Assembly: GCA_963771465.1 (NCBI GenBank)
Contig: CAVYTU010000015.1
Location: forward strand, 480,001 to 544,000
Source of the DNA: an uncultured delta proteobacterium
GTDB taxonomy: Bacteria; Desulfobacterota; Binatia; UBA9968
Direction of reading: 5' to 3'
Length of the DNA: 64,000 nt
The stretch's first letter is position 1; each line of letters opens with the position of its first letter. The notes under the pieces are model-generated. The model was not told the origin of the DNA. It searched no databases and saw only the letters and a program-made list of their open reading frames with translations. Made by a program: the position numbers and the translations under genes. Positions 31,955 through 43,680 of this stretch are shown here, piece after piece.

Positions 31955-33863
31955 TCAGGCAACTTTTTCGCGAACGAATTGAGCAAACGACCACGGCACC
32001 AATGACAGGCTGGTTGTGGATTCGGCGCTGAAGTCACGGGGCAGCAAACTGCCCTTGCCGCGCCAGGTTTGGTCGGCGGAATCAACGACGTTGCGCCAAT
32101 GACCGCGCGGAATCGACACTGCCACCGAGGCTTGTGCCGCACTCAGATTGGCAATGAATAATGCACAGGCCTCTTCCCGCCAGCGCTGCACGATAATCAC
32201 TCGCTCGGTTTCGCAGTCTGCCACATTTATGTCGCCGTCAGCCAGCGGAATTTGGACGCCGATCTTTTTCCTCAAACTGATCAGCTCACGGTAGAATTTC
32301 ATCATCACAAGATGTTCGTCCGCGGTACGAATTTCATGTTTGAGCTCGGCGCGCAGAAAACGTCTTAGCGTCCTGGGGATCGGGTGGGTCGCCTTGCCAA
32401 CCAAAAGCGGCCAACTCGGCGCGTCGTCCACGCCGGACCGCTTCAATAAGATCGGGATCTGAATGGCTTATGAAATAAGGAAATGGCGCCCTCTCGGCAT
32501 ATTCCTCACCCATGAAGAGCAAGGGAATAAAGGGCGAGAGAAGAACCAAACCGGCGGCGAGTTTTAACGCCTCAAAAGAAACCGCTTCACTTAGCCGGTC
32601 ACCGAACAGGCGATTGCCCACCTGGTCGTGATTCTGCGCGAACACGACAAAGCGGCTCGGGCGGGAGATCGCGTGACACAGCTGCCGTGGCGGCGCCGGC
32701 GAAAGCGGGAATGCTCGCCGCAATAGGCAAAGCCCTCGCGATAGGCTTTGACGAACTGCGAGAATTCGCCATAATCCTCGTAATAGCCGGTGCGCTCGCC
32801 GGTCAGGAGCGTGCGCAAACAATGATGAAAATCGTCATTCCAGAGAGCGTCCAAGCCGTAACCGCCGGCGTCGCGCGGCCGGATGAGACGGGAGTTGTTG
32901 TCGGCGCTTTCAGCGATGAGAAAAATTCCGCGGTCGAGACGCTCAGCCGCATGATGAACTTCTGTGGCAAGTTCCTCGATAAAGGTAATCGGCGAGTGAT
33001 CGAGTATCGCGTGCACGGCATCGAGGCGCAGCGCATCGACGTGAAATTCAGTGATCCAATACAGTGCGTTCTGAATGAAGAAGTGCCTTACCTCATCGCT
33101 GTATGGTCCGTCGAAGTTGAGCGCCGGCCCCCAGGCTGTCTTGTAGCGTTCGGTAAAGTAGGGGCCGAAGTCGGCGAGATAATTTCCTTCGGGTCCCAGA
33201 TGGTTATAGACCACGTCGAGGATCACCGCGAGACCGCGGCGGTGACACGCGTTGATCAATCGCTTCAAGCCGCGCGGTCCGCCGTAGGAATTTTGCACGG
33301 CGAACGGATACACGCCGTCGTAGCCCCAGTTGCGGCTGCCGGGAAATTGGGCGACGGGCATAAGCTCGATGGCGGTGACGCCTAGCTGGACCAAATACTC
33401 GATGATAGGCAATGATCGCGTCAAAAGTGCCGGTCGGCGGGAACCTGCCGACGTGCAGCTCGTAGATAATATAATCCTTGAGCGGTGGACCGACCCAGCC
33501 CTTTTCGTCCCAACGAAAATTGCCATCGACCACCTGGGACGGACCATGAACGCCGTCCGGTTGAAAACGCGAGGCGGGATCGGGTCGCTGCTTATCCGCT
33601 GCCAATTGGTAGAAATAAAGCGCGCCATCATCGACGTTCTTGACCGTCGCTTCATGATACCCGCGCGCAGCCTTTTGCGCAGCGCGACGATGCGCTCGCC
33701 ATCGAGCAGGCGCAGATTGACTCGCTCCAGCGACGGCGCCCAGACGCGAAATCGGCAAGTATGATTTCCTAAATAAACGGCGCCGATGGATTCGTCATGG
33801 ATCGGGGATTTCGGCCCTTTCAGCCGCCGGCTTAGGCGCGCTGAGATCTTCCGAATGTTTCAT
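31955..33863 (-). CDS. treZ: Malto-oligosyltrehalose trehalohydrolase, several frameshifts
   Basis: [67 protein letters not shown]. Confidence 0.93.
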
Positions 33864-35852
33864 TTTCCGCCACTCCCGAGTTGGCGCTGAGGGTCTTCGG
33901 TAGCCAACGAATCCCGGTTGTGAAGAAACAAGATCGACAGCGGCGGCAAAGTCAGAAAAAGCGAATGGCGTCTACTCAAGGAACGGAATCGGCGCGGCTT
34001 CCACCTCGCCCATATTGCCAACGCCGCTGCCGCCATATTCCTTGGCGTCGCTGTTTAAAAGTTCACGCCAAATCCCGCCACGCGGCGCGCCGACACGATA
34101 ATTGCTGCGCACCACCGGCGTGAAATTACACACCACTAACAACGTATCGTTGTCGCCACGCCCATGGCGCAGTAGGCTCACGACACTGGCGTCGGCGTCA
34201 TTACAATCGATCCATTCAAATCCTGCCGGATCGAAATCCACTTCATGGAGCGCCCGCGTTGCCGCGATAGAAGCGGTTGAGATCGGCGGCCCAGCGTTGC
34301 ATTCCGGCGTGGAGCGGCTGTTCCAACAGTTCCCATTCCAGACCTTGATCATGCTGTCCACTCTCGCCGTTGGCCGAACTCGCCGCCCATGAACAGCAGT
34401 TTTTTTCCCGGCTGCGCGTACATATAACCGAGCAGCAGTCGGAGATTGGCGAATTTTTGCCATTCATCGCCCGGCATTTTGTTTAACAGCGAGCGTTTGC
34501 CGTAAACCACTTCGTCGTGGGAAAGCGGCAGCACAAAGTTCTCGTGAAAAGCATAGACCATTCTGAATGTGAGTTGGTGATGATGAAACTTGCGATAGAT
34601 CGGGTCCTGGGAAAAATAGTCCAGCGTATCGTGCATCCAACCCATGTCCCATTTGAGACCGAAGCCCAGTCCGCCGCTGATAAATCGGCCGCGAAACCAG
34701 CGGCCAGGCAGTGGATTCCTCGGCGATCGTCTGCACGTCGGGATAGTTCTCGTAGACGGTCTTGTTGAACTGCTTGAGAAAATCGATCGCCTCGAGATTT
34801 TCTCGGCCGCCGTGACGGTTCGGCACCCATTCGCCGCTCCGGCGCGCATAGTCGAGGTAGAGCATCGATGCCACGGCATCGACGCGCAATCCATCGGCGT
34901 GGTAACGGTCGAGCCAAAAGAGCGCATTGCTGATCAGAAAGCTGCGCACTTCATGACGGCCATAATTAAAAACATAACTGTTCCACTCGGGCTGCACTCC
35001 TTGGCGCGGGTCGGCATGCTCGAAAACATGGGTGCCGTCGAAATAAGCGAGACCGTGCGCGTCAGCGGGAAAATGGGACGGCACCCAATCGAGGATGACA
35101 CCGATGTCGTTTTGATGCAGCGTGTCGATGAGAAACATCAGGTCCTGCGGCGTGCCGTAGTTGGCCGATGGCGCGAAGTAGCCGGTAATTTGATAGCCCC
35201 AGGAACCGAAGAAAGGATGGTCCATCAGCGGCAAAAATTCCACGTGAGTGAATCCCATGCGGCGCACATATTCGGCGAGTAGCGGCGCCATCTCGCGGTA
35301 GGAAAGCGAGCGGTTGCCTTCTGCGCCAATGCGCCGCCACGAGCCCAAATGCATTTCGTAGATCGACATGGGCGCAGCCAGCGTTTGGCGCGCTTTGCGT
35401 TGCGCCATCCAAGTATTGTCATCCCAGGAATAGTCCAAATCCCAGACGATCGATGCCGTCTTCGGCGGAATCTCGTTGAAGATGGAAAACGGATCCGCTT
35501 TCTCCACCCGATGGCCCATGGCGCGGGAATGGATGAAATATTTGTAGAGCGCGCCTTTGTCGACACCGGCAACAAAACCTTCCCAGATCCCCGAATTTCC
35601 GCGCGGATGAAGCCCATCGCTTTGCTCGTCCCAATGGTTAAAAGTGCCGGCCACGAAAACCTGCTCGGCATTGGGCGCCCAGACGGCGAAATAGGTTCCC
35701 TCGACTCCTTCGCGGACGAACCGGTGCGCACCAAATTTTTCGTACGCGCGCGCATAACTCCCTTGGTTGAACAGATACAGCTCTTCGTCGGTGAGGACGC
35801 CACTGCCGCACGTCCAACCGGTTTGCCTGCCGGTCGGTGGCGATATTGTCAC
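33860..35852 (-). CDS. glgB: 1,4-alpha-glucan branching enzyme, several frameshifts
   Basis: [65 protein letters not shown]. Confidence 0.95.
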
Positions 35853-36113
35853 CGAGATTGTTTGGCAATCTTCTGGAGCTCACGGCACGCTCATAACTCC
35901 GCCGAATACCAGTGAGACGTTTCGCTTCGACGGTTTTCCATGATTTTGTTGTCTCGCGAGTAGCGCGAACTTCTCAACTTTGTTACCCCGCCGCGCGCGG
36001 CACAAACGCGTATAATCTGGATTTCTAACGATGCATTTCAGTCGTCCATCGAGTCCGACAGTCGCGGCGACCCTTTAGCATCGATAATTCAAATCGAAGT
36101 AAACCAAGGAAAA

Positions 36114-36129
36114 CGCAAAAAAGATACCA
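36114..36129 (-). promoter_or_regulatory. sigma54 (-24/-12) promoter for the glgB...treS operon
   Basis: Minus strand TGGTAT-CTTTT-TTGCG; palindromic motif at 36223..36241. Confidence 0.68.
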
Positions 36130-36349
36130 CCGCCGATCGTGGTGCAAGTGGTTTAAATTAAAGGAAGCGGTTTGTGCTGGGGAAGCCCATCACTATGTGC
36201 GCGTAGCGGGTTTTTTCTGTCTTGCAAGGAATTTGCCTACAAACCTAAGTCGCTCTCATGGGCCATGATTCCAGATGCATTGTGTTCGCTACGGAACTAT
36301 CAGCGTGCCATTCGCTGAGTCAAAAAAATTTCAATCGTGGAATTCGGGT

Positions 36350-39125
36350 TCACGGTGGGTCGCTGGCGCGCGTCATCGTCGCTGCTGGCTTCACAGGGAA
36401 ATGGATTTTGAAAATCGTTCCTCGACCCGGCTCACTCGACACTTCAATTCTGCCGTTGTGAGATTTGACGATACGATCGCAGATCGGCAGTCCGAGTCCC
36501 AAGCCGCGTCGCTTCTTCGAGGTAAAAAACGGTTGAAAAATTCTCGGCAAAATCTCAGCGTCGATGCCGATCCCGGTATCGGCCACGGTAACGATGATTT
36601 GATTGGCGCCATTGACCGTCGCCCCAAGGGTGAGAATGCCACCCTTTGGCATCGCATCCACAGCATTCAAGGAAAGATTCAACAACACCTGTTGCACCTG
36701 CTGCGGGTCCGCGTAAATTCGCGGCAATTGCCCATCGATATTGAGCGCCGTTTCGACGTGGTTTTTTGCCGCGTGCGTCTGCACCAAATCGACCGTCTTC
36801 TGAACAATCTGCTCGATATCGGTCGGCACAAAATCAGCGTCTTTCGGACGCCCGAATTCGAGAAGTTCTTGCACCAGTATTTCGCAGCGCTTGGCCTCTT
36901 CGGCAATGATCTGAACATGATGATAATCCGCGTCGGCGGGATCCATGTTGGCGAGCAACGCTTGGGCGAAACCCAAAATAATTCCCAAAGGATTGTTAAA
37001 CTCATGGGCCATGGACGCGGTCAGCTCGCCGACCGCCACGAGTCGGCCTGAGGCGAGCAGTTGTAGCTCTAGTTCCTGCGCCTGATTGCGCAGGTGCTCT
37101 TCGCTCTGACGCAGCGCCGCTTCCGCCCGCATACGCTCGACGAACTGGCCGATCTCGCCGCCGATCGCTTGTACCACCTTCAAGAGTTCCTCATCCGGTT
37201 CCCGAAACGCCGTGCTGAAAAACTCGATAACCCCGAGTACCTCGTTGCGCATGTGGATGGGAAAAGCGAAAGCACTTTGCAGGCTCTCAGTCACGGGAAA
37301 GGAAAGCTCTAAGCGTGTCGGCATCTTTCTTAACATCCGCGATCCAGATGGATTGCTCGCCGGCCCAAACGCGGCCGGGAAGCCCCACACCACGGGCCAG
37401 CGGGGGACATGCATTACAGCCGGCAAAATGTTTCGACGGACTTTGCCAAGTATCCATGCACTCGATCATCTGGCTACTTTTATTGACCATCCAGAGCGCG
37501 CCGAGCTCCCAATTGAGTCCCTCACCCATCACTTTCAGGATTCTGCTCCACGCCGCTTCCAGCGTTTCCGATTCGGCCAGCGCCAACGTCACCGCGTGTT
37601 CGGTCGACAGCCGCCGAGCAAATTGTTTCCGGCCAGTAACGTCGCGAATGCACTCCAACAAAATTCGCTCGCCGGCCCGGTCATAGATTAACTTGAATCG
37701 ACTCTCCACCTCGAGAACTTGACCGTGCCTGGTTCGCTGTTTCAATTCGCCGGTCCATTCTCCCCGCTCCAGCAACACCGCCTGTAAATTTGTCCAGCCA
37801 TCGGGAAATTCCGTGGCGAGCAGACCTTGGCTTGAACGACCGATAGCCTCCTCCTGCGAGTAACCGTAGAGTTCCTCCGCGCCGCGGTTCCAGTAAACAA
37901 TCCGGCCGTCGAGCTCTCTCGCAAAAATCGCTTCGTTTGCCAGATTCAAAAGATCGGCCTGGCGTTGTAAGAATGATTCTTGTTTGCGCAAAGCGGCTTC
38001 GACTCGGTCCCGTTCATTTCTACGATCGCTCAACAGTTTGCCGGCACGTTCCATCTCCTGCGCCAGTCCTTCCAGTTCCGCGATGTGCGAAGTCGCGGCA
38101 AGCGAGATCGGTTCGCCCCGCCCCAGATCATGGGCGGCGCGCGATAAGGCTTCGATGGAACGGGCAACCTGGCGCGCGAAGATCAACGCGACGCCGAGGC
38201 CGAAGATCAAAAGAAATAAACCGCCGCCGCCCACCATCGCCAGCGAACGGTATAAAATGGCGTTCACCTCCGAGCTCGGCACCGTCACGGCAACATACCA
38301 ACCCGACCGCTGCGAGCGGCTGACGGCGGCAAATGAGCGCCGACCGCCTTCGGCGACACCATCGATGAATTGTTCCGACGCCTGGAGATTGACCTGTTCG
38401 AGCAAACCCCCGATGGGTTTGCCAACCCGATTTGCCGCGTCGAGAGTTATGGCGACGATATTTTTTTTACTATCGAACAACGTGCCGAGCCACTCACGCG
38501 GCAATTTTTGTTTAGTCAAAATTTCCGTGAAAATCCCAGGCTCGATCGCCGCGGTGAGAACGTAAATGATGGTCTGTTCACGCACCACCGGAACATGAAT
38601 ATTAATGCCGCTCTCGCCTGAAGTCGAAACAGGAAAATCGCTGATCACGGGCTGACGCGTGCGCAACACTCCGTTCAGGCTCTCGCTATTTATGCCGCCC
38701 GAATCCTCGGAGAGGGGTTTGGCGATGTTCGTTAGCCGTCGGCCGCGCGGATCGAATAACGACACGCTTTTCCAACTGTTCTGGGTGCGGAGGAAGCGTC
38801 CTGCAACGACGCGGAATTCTTGCACGGCGCCAAAATCCAAGGGTTCGGAAGTAGCGAGCGCCGTAAGATTCGTTACAGAAGACTCGATTTCCTGGTCGAT
38901 GGCGAGCGCCAAAGCGCGGGCGGTATCTTTGAGTCCGCGCTGCCGGTCGGCTTGCTCCTGGCGCGCAAAGAGAACCATCATGAAGACTGAAAAGCAAAGC
39001 AGTGGAACTAGCCCTGCGATGATCAATCTAATCAGATATGAATTGAGCGTCGTGGGACGGCGGAAAAACCAGCCGATCAGGGAGGAGTCGGAACTACCGG
39101 CAACAGTCTCCATGCTTTCAGCCAT
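36350..39125 (-). CDS. Membrane sensor histidine kinase (Cache-like, HAMP, PAS, GAF, NtrB-type HisKA, HATPase), one frameshift near 37300
   Basis: Two TM segments, PAS (YWNRGAEELYGYS), GAF (GLPGRVW), H-box MAHEFNNPLG, NLSLNAVDAM, DTGIG, GLGLGL. Confidence 0.9.
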
Positions 39126-39364
39126 TGCCTAAGACTCAGGTCGACTGGAATATCGTATCATACATAAGCTCGACATCACTGAAACAGTGCAATTAACGCG
39201 CGACTGGGTCACTTTCAAGACAGCCTTCGCTCTCAAAGAGAATTTGATGGCACGCCGAAACGATATTACTAAATTCTACGAGGCGCGGCGAGACCGTAGT
39301 CCCGATAAACACCGCGAGCGGATAGAAAATTCCATCGACGCGGCAAAAGCGAGATTCTTTGTTA

Positions 39365-40201
39365 TCAATAGTTTCGACCCGGAAGAACACTCAATTTTTC
39401 CTCCCCCGCAGCGGTCCACTGAGCGGCTTGCTCGGCGGTCAGTGGACCGCGCGGCAGTTGCCGGCCATCTTCGTATCCCCAACTCTCCACGTCGTCGCGA
39501 TACTGGGTGCGCGATAGCAGCGTGCCCCGGCAAACTCGATTTCGAGAGAGTGGCTCGTCTTTTTCCTTCTGTAGCTGGTCCAGCAGCGATTCCATTACCG
39601 GCGTAGGGACTAGGGATCGGTCTGACTGATATATGAAACCGAATAACACGAGGTGGCTGAGAAGCACCCGCCAGTGCGGTCCGAAACGTTCCAACAGCCG
39701 TGGCCAGTCGAGCCGGGTCGCGCAAGCATGGATGAGATGGGCGACATCGGCGCCGTCATAGCGCTCCCGCTCCATGACAAACGCCTTGGCCCAAATCATT
39801 TCTTCAGGTGGGCAAAACATTACCGGAATGTCGAACACTTGTCCCGTCACCGCATGTTCGAACCAACCATCGTCGACTGTGCAGACACCGTTTCCCGAAC
39901 TGAAAATAAGGTCGATAAAGTCTCGGTGGTAATAGATCTTGCCGAGCCAATGCGGATAGCATAGCTCCGTCTTGTAGTGCTTGTCGGCGAGTGTTTTTAG
40001 GGTAATCTCGACGTCCGCTGGCCGCACGAAGAGATCCATATCTTTCGTCTTGCGACTGCTTCCCGAGTACACCGCAAAGGCGTGGCCGCCGCCGACCAAG
40101 AAACTAATCTTCGCTGCATTGAGCGTCTCAAGTACATCACGATAGAATATTTTCTGGTTGAACGTTCTTATGGAAAATAATCCAGCAGCTTTACTGTTCA
40201 T
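39365..40201 (-). CDS. Pol-beta-superfamily nucleotidyltransferase
   Basis: FLVGGGHAF...TKDMDLFV (GG plus DxD), third acidic residue in IDLIF, conserved KAFVMERERYDGADVAH. Confidence 0.82.
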   Translation of the reverse strand: MNSKAAGLFSIRTFNQKIFYRDVLETLNAAKISFLVGGGHAFAVYSGSSRKTKDMDLFVRPADVEITLKTLADKHYKTELCYPHWLGKIYYHRDFIDLIFSSGNGVCTVDDGWFEHAVTGQVFDIPVMFCPPEEMIWAKAFVMERERYDGADVAHLIHACATRLDWPRLLERFGPHWRVLLSHLVLFGFIYQSDRSLVPTPVMESLLDQLQKEKDEPLSRNRVCRGTLLSRTQYRDDVESWGYEDGRQLPRGPLTAEQAAQWTAAGEEKLSVLPGRNY

Positions 40202-40211
40202 TTCTCGGCTC

Positions 40212-40931
40212 CTAAGACTCCGGGATTTCCATAATTCGAAACGCTGGGCGATCCGGAAAGACCCGTTGTAAGAGTTTCATGGCGACATTGTAGACGGGCA
40301 CATCGGTTTTCGTGCGTCCCTCCGGAGCGCCGTGATGCGCGTGGCCGTGAAAGACGGCGGTTACCGGATAACGATTAAGCGGTTCCTCAAGTCGGCTCGA
40401 ACCCAGGAACGGAAAGATCTCCGCGGGTTCGCCGATGACCGTGGCCTCGATCGGCGAATAGTGAAGCAAAACAATCCGCTTATCCGAGCGCAGCCGTGCC
40501 AGGGCAGATTCGAGCTTTAGTGCCTCATCGATCGCTTCGTGGACAAAACGTTTGATCGTTTCCTCGCCCCAGGGACCGAGCGCCCGCTCGCCAAAGCCAC
40601 CGGCAAACCCTTTGACGCCGACAAAGCCGACCCCATCAACCTCACGCGCGTCACCGTCCAGAAGCATGGCACCGGCATCCGAAAAAATCCTTTTGACTTC
40701 GTCCTGTTTGCCGGACTCAAATTCATGATTCCCGAGCACCGCCAGGACGGGGATTTTCAGGCTGCTTATTTCCTTTGCCAGAACTATCGCTTCCTCGGGC
40801 AGACCGTAATCGATAAGATCGCCACATAGCAACAGCACGTCGGCGCTCTGAGCGATTTGCATAAATAGCGGACGCAACATGTCATGCGATGTTTTGTTGC
40901 AATGAATGTCCGCGAGCGCCGCGACACGCAT
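40212..40931 (-). CDS. Calcineurin-like metallophosphoesterase
   Basis: ADIH, CGDLIDYG, LGNHE, LLHY and FHGHAH motifs all intact. Confidence 0.92.
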   Translation of the reverse strand: MRVAALADIHCNKTSHDMLRPLFMQIAQSADVLLLCGDLIDYGLPEEAIVLAKEISSLKIPVLAVLGNHEFESGKQDEVKRIFSDAGAMLLDGDAREVDGVGFVGVKGFAGGFGERALGPWGEETIKRFVHEAIDEALKLESALARLRSDKRIVLLHYSPIEATVIGEPAEIFPFLGSSRLEEPLNRYPVTAVFHGHAHHGAPEGRTKTDVPVYNVAMKLLQRVFPDRPAFRIMEIPES

Positions 40932-41405
40932 GTTTTTCTCCCGGTATTTTCTTGTCGGACCTCGATAGATCTGGCATGGCGTAAGGCAGTCCCATGATAA
41001 TCAGTTTTCTCATGAGTTCTGCTTCATCTTAGGATATTGTGAAAGATAGGTCGCCGGGTTGGCTAAGGCATTGCGATGGGTTAAGACTTCTTTCTTTCGT
41101 CTTCGACTTTTTAAGAACTTTTTGGCGTAGATCCGGGTTATTATTATCGCGGCGATTCTTGTCGCAGCCGTTCATTTTCTGCTGCTTGCCCCGAGGCCTA
41201 AGCCGAAGAGCCCGCCAGTGCAGGCTCAACTAGCCAGGACCACAAACACCAGTACCAAACCGAATATATGTTTTTTATTCATTTCATCTTCTCCTGACTA
41301 ACGCGCTCTAGCTCCGGCAACGCCGATTTTTCCAATCTCAACGGTGCGCAATCGTTGAATCAATCTGCCAGCCCGTTGAAGCTATGCGTCGCAATTCGTG
41401 GCTAC

Positions 41406-41421
41406 CGCAAGGCGTATGCCA
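41406..41421 (-). promoter_or_regulatory. sigma54 (-24/-12) promoter upstream of the phosphoesterase-NTase unit
   Basis: Minus strand TGGCAT-ACGCC-TTGCG. Confidence 0.8.
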
Positions 41422-41585
41422 GTAGTCTTCGCTGATCGGCTGGTTGGTAATGGTAGGAATTCACATTATCGGCTCATTAGACTTGAGCCGTTGGAGGATT
41501 TTTACAGACAACTAGAAAGTGATTTCCCTCTCTTTGGAACGATTTGAGCCGCCAACCGCTTCAATCGTCTCGCAGTTCCCGGCGC

Positions 41586-41975
41586 TCACGTTGTGCTGTG
41601 TAGTGGGCCGTGAGCATGGGCCGCAATCAGGTCCAGCAAGTTGTTTTCGGAAAACGGTTTGCGCAGGACGCGGGTATGGTGAACTGTATTTTCCACTTCC
41701 AGCTCTGAGCGGTAACGGTCCGGGTCGCCGGTCATATAAATCGTTGCAATCTCAGGCTCGTGAATTCGTATGCGCTCGACTAACTCGATGCCGGTTTCCT
41801 CGCCCATGGAAATATCCGTGAGCACGAGATCCGGTCGAAACCGGAGATAAGTCAGATATCCTGCGGCGACGCTTTCGGCGCTGCGGACTTCGTAACCTTC
41901 ATTGCCCAGCCTTTCCCCAATCAGAAAACTCAGATTGTCATCGTCATCTACGACTAAGACTTTGAACAGTTTCAT
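41586..41975 (-). CDS. Single-domain response regulator
   Basis: VLVVDDDD, VLTDISM, IYMTG, LRKPFS. Confidence 0.85.
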   Translation of the reverse strand: MKLFKVLVVDDDDNLSFLIGERLGNEGYEVRSAESVAAGYLTYLRFRPDLVLTDISMGEETGIELVERIRIHEPEIATIYMTGDPDRYRSELEVENTVHHTRVLRKPFSENNLLDLIAAHAHGPLHSTT

Positions 41976-42033
41976 AATCGTTACTCCTTCAATGACGGAC
42001 AGACCTGTCTGAATATTCACGCTATTTATTCAA

Positions 42034-42318
42034 TCAGATTTCTTGGAAACAGTACCTTGGCACGCTTGATCGCTTCCTCCGCTTCATAATGGGGCTCCAT
42101 TCCAAGATCCTTAACGCTCGCCAATGGGCCTTGTCGACGCAAAGTTTTGCGCCGTGGCCGACCAAGGCCGAAACCTTCGATCGGTCGGTCAGCAACGGCG
42201 TGCGTTTGTGAAAAGTAATTTCATCAATGCCGAACGCTTCGCGGAAATTTGCTAACAGACCGATCAACGGTTCGCCGATGGTGCCGGTACCTACAACGTG
42301 CACAATGTTTTTATGCAT
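42034..42318 (-). pseudogene. N-terminal Rossmann fragment of an NAD(P)-dependent dehydrogenase (type II GAPDH-like)
   Basis: NIVHVVGTGTIGEPLIGLL (GxGxxG); the reading frame degenerates and ends after ~95 codons. Confidence 0.5.
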
Positions 42319-42432
42319 AAGTATCCTTTGGTGTCGTTGTTTGCATAGTTCGCATCGACGCGCTTTGCTTGACCTGCGCGCAGGGCATGAATAAATCGTG
42401 GTCGAGACCCAACCGGCGGCCGGCGCCAACGT

Positions 42433-42831
42433 TTACGATTTCGCCTTTTCATCTTCGATTAGTTTAAGAACCTTTTCACGTAATCGATCATTGCCATTGA
42501 CGGTTTTATAGAGCGCGGCATAACGTTCCATGGTCAAACCTTCCCGTTCGAGCACCGAACCGAACTTTGCCACCGCCTCTTGCTGTATCCTGGTCTTTTC
42601 CTCCGGCGTCTTTGCGACGCTCACCTGGGGCTCGTAAATCGTCCTCATTTTAAGAAACTCCACGTAGGATTTCGCAAAGGCCTGCAATTCTTGGTCGCTA
42701 ACTTCTGACGACGCGCCGGGAGACTGTTGAGCCGGCGCTTGGGTCTGAGCACAAACGGCCCCAACCGATAGCGGGAGCGAAACCCCAAGCGTCAAGCCAA
42801 GCACCAGAGAATTTGTAAACTGTTTTTTCAT
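42433..42831 (-). CDS. DUF4168-like secreted protein
   Basis: Signal peptide, EVSDQELQAFAKSY...EGLTMERY...NDRLREKV. Confidence 0.8.
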   Translation of the reverse strand: MKKQFTNSLVLGLTLGVSLPLSVGAVCAQTQAPAQQSPGASSEVSDQELQAFAKSYVEFLKMRTIYEPQVSVAKTPEEKTRIQQEAVAKFGSVLEREGLTMERYAALYKTVNGNDRLREKVLKLIEDEKAKS

Positions 42832-42910
42832 CGCACCTCCACTTGATTAAAAAGTAAACCGAACCATCTCGATTCCACACAAGACGGTTCGGTTCCCGTT
42901 TGAGAATTCG

Positions 42911-42926
42911 AGCAACGGCTATGCCA
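42911..42926 (-). promoter_or_regulatory. sigma54 (-24/-12) promoter
   Basis: Minus strand TGGCAT-AGCCG-TTGCT. Confidence 0.82.
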
Positions 42927-43144
42927 ACCGGGCACGCGCGTCGGTTTCTTGATTTGAAGGTATTTTGAGCAAAAACTGCGCGGCAAATTAGCTGGACTTA
43001 CAGGTGCAATTCATACACCCCAAGAAGAGTTTCCCTTCAGCCCGAACACCGAGTGGGAAGTGATGGCGTGGGTCGAATGAGACGTGAGCCTGGAGTAGTG
43101 AAGAAAGCAACACGGCGGTTGGAGAATCAGGTTATCTGCCGATT

Positions 43145-43680
43145 ACATAATCGTGATGCCTCCTGTTGGTAGCGCCGATGCAAACGCTTTATAATTCGTG
43201 TTTGAGCAAGAAACTGTCCGCTAATCCTCGGCGCTTAATGTCACGGCGAAATCAACCCCGAAAGAATTGAGAATTAGAAACGTGTAAACACGTATCGCGG
43301 TGCGAGTCGCGATTGCACTGGCTTTGCGAACTTCTCGCGCCACGGCGGAGGTTACCTGCTCGACTTTTTCCAGGTCGTTGTTGTAGTGCACCCACAATTG
43401 AACGAGAATCGTCGAGTCAGTATCCCCCGTGTGAAAATTGACAATGTTGTTCTGCACAAGCTTGCTGTTTCTGCGTGTTACGCCAGCCGATGCGCTCCAC
43501 GTAACCTTCTTCCTGTCGAAAGTTTTACGAAATGGCCGACCTGCAGCGGGCGGTCGGCTTTAATGTATAACCCGGCAAAGAGATTGCCCAGCGTGTCTTG
43601 AAGCGCGATCGCGACCGCTAAACTGCCGATCTCTAGCGTAGTCACCGCCGAGATTTAAGGACGATATTGATTCAAATAAA
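43145..43680 (-). pseudogene. Degraded MscS-family mechanosensitive channel
   Basis: IGSLAVAIALQDTLGNLFAGLYIKADRPLQVGHFVKL and VHYNNDLEKVEQVT pieces, interrupted by deletions, stops and frameshifts. Confidence 0.8.
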
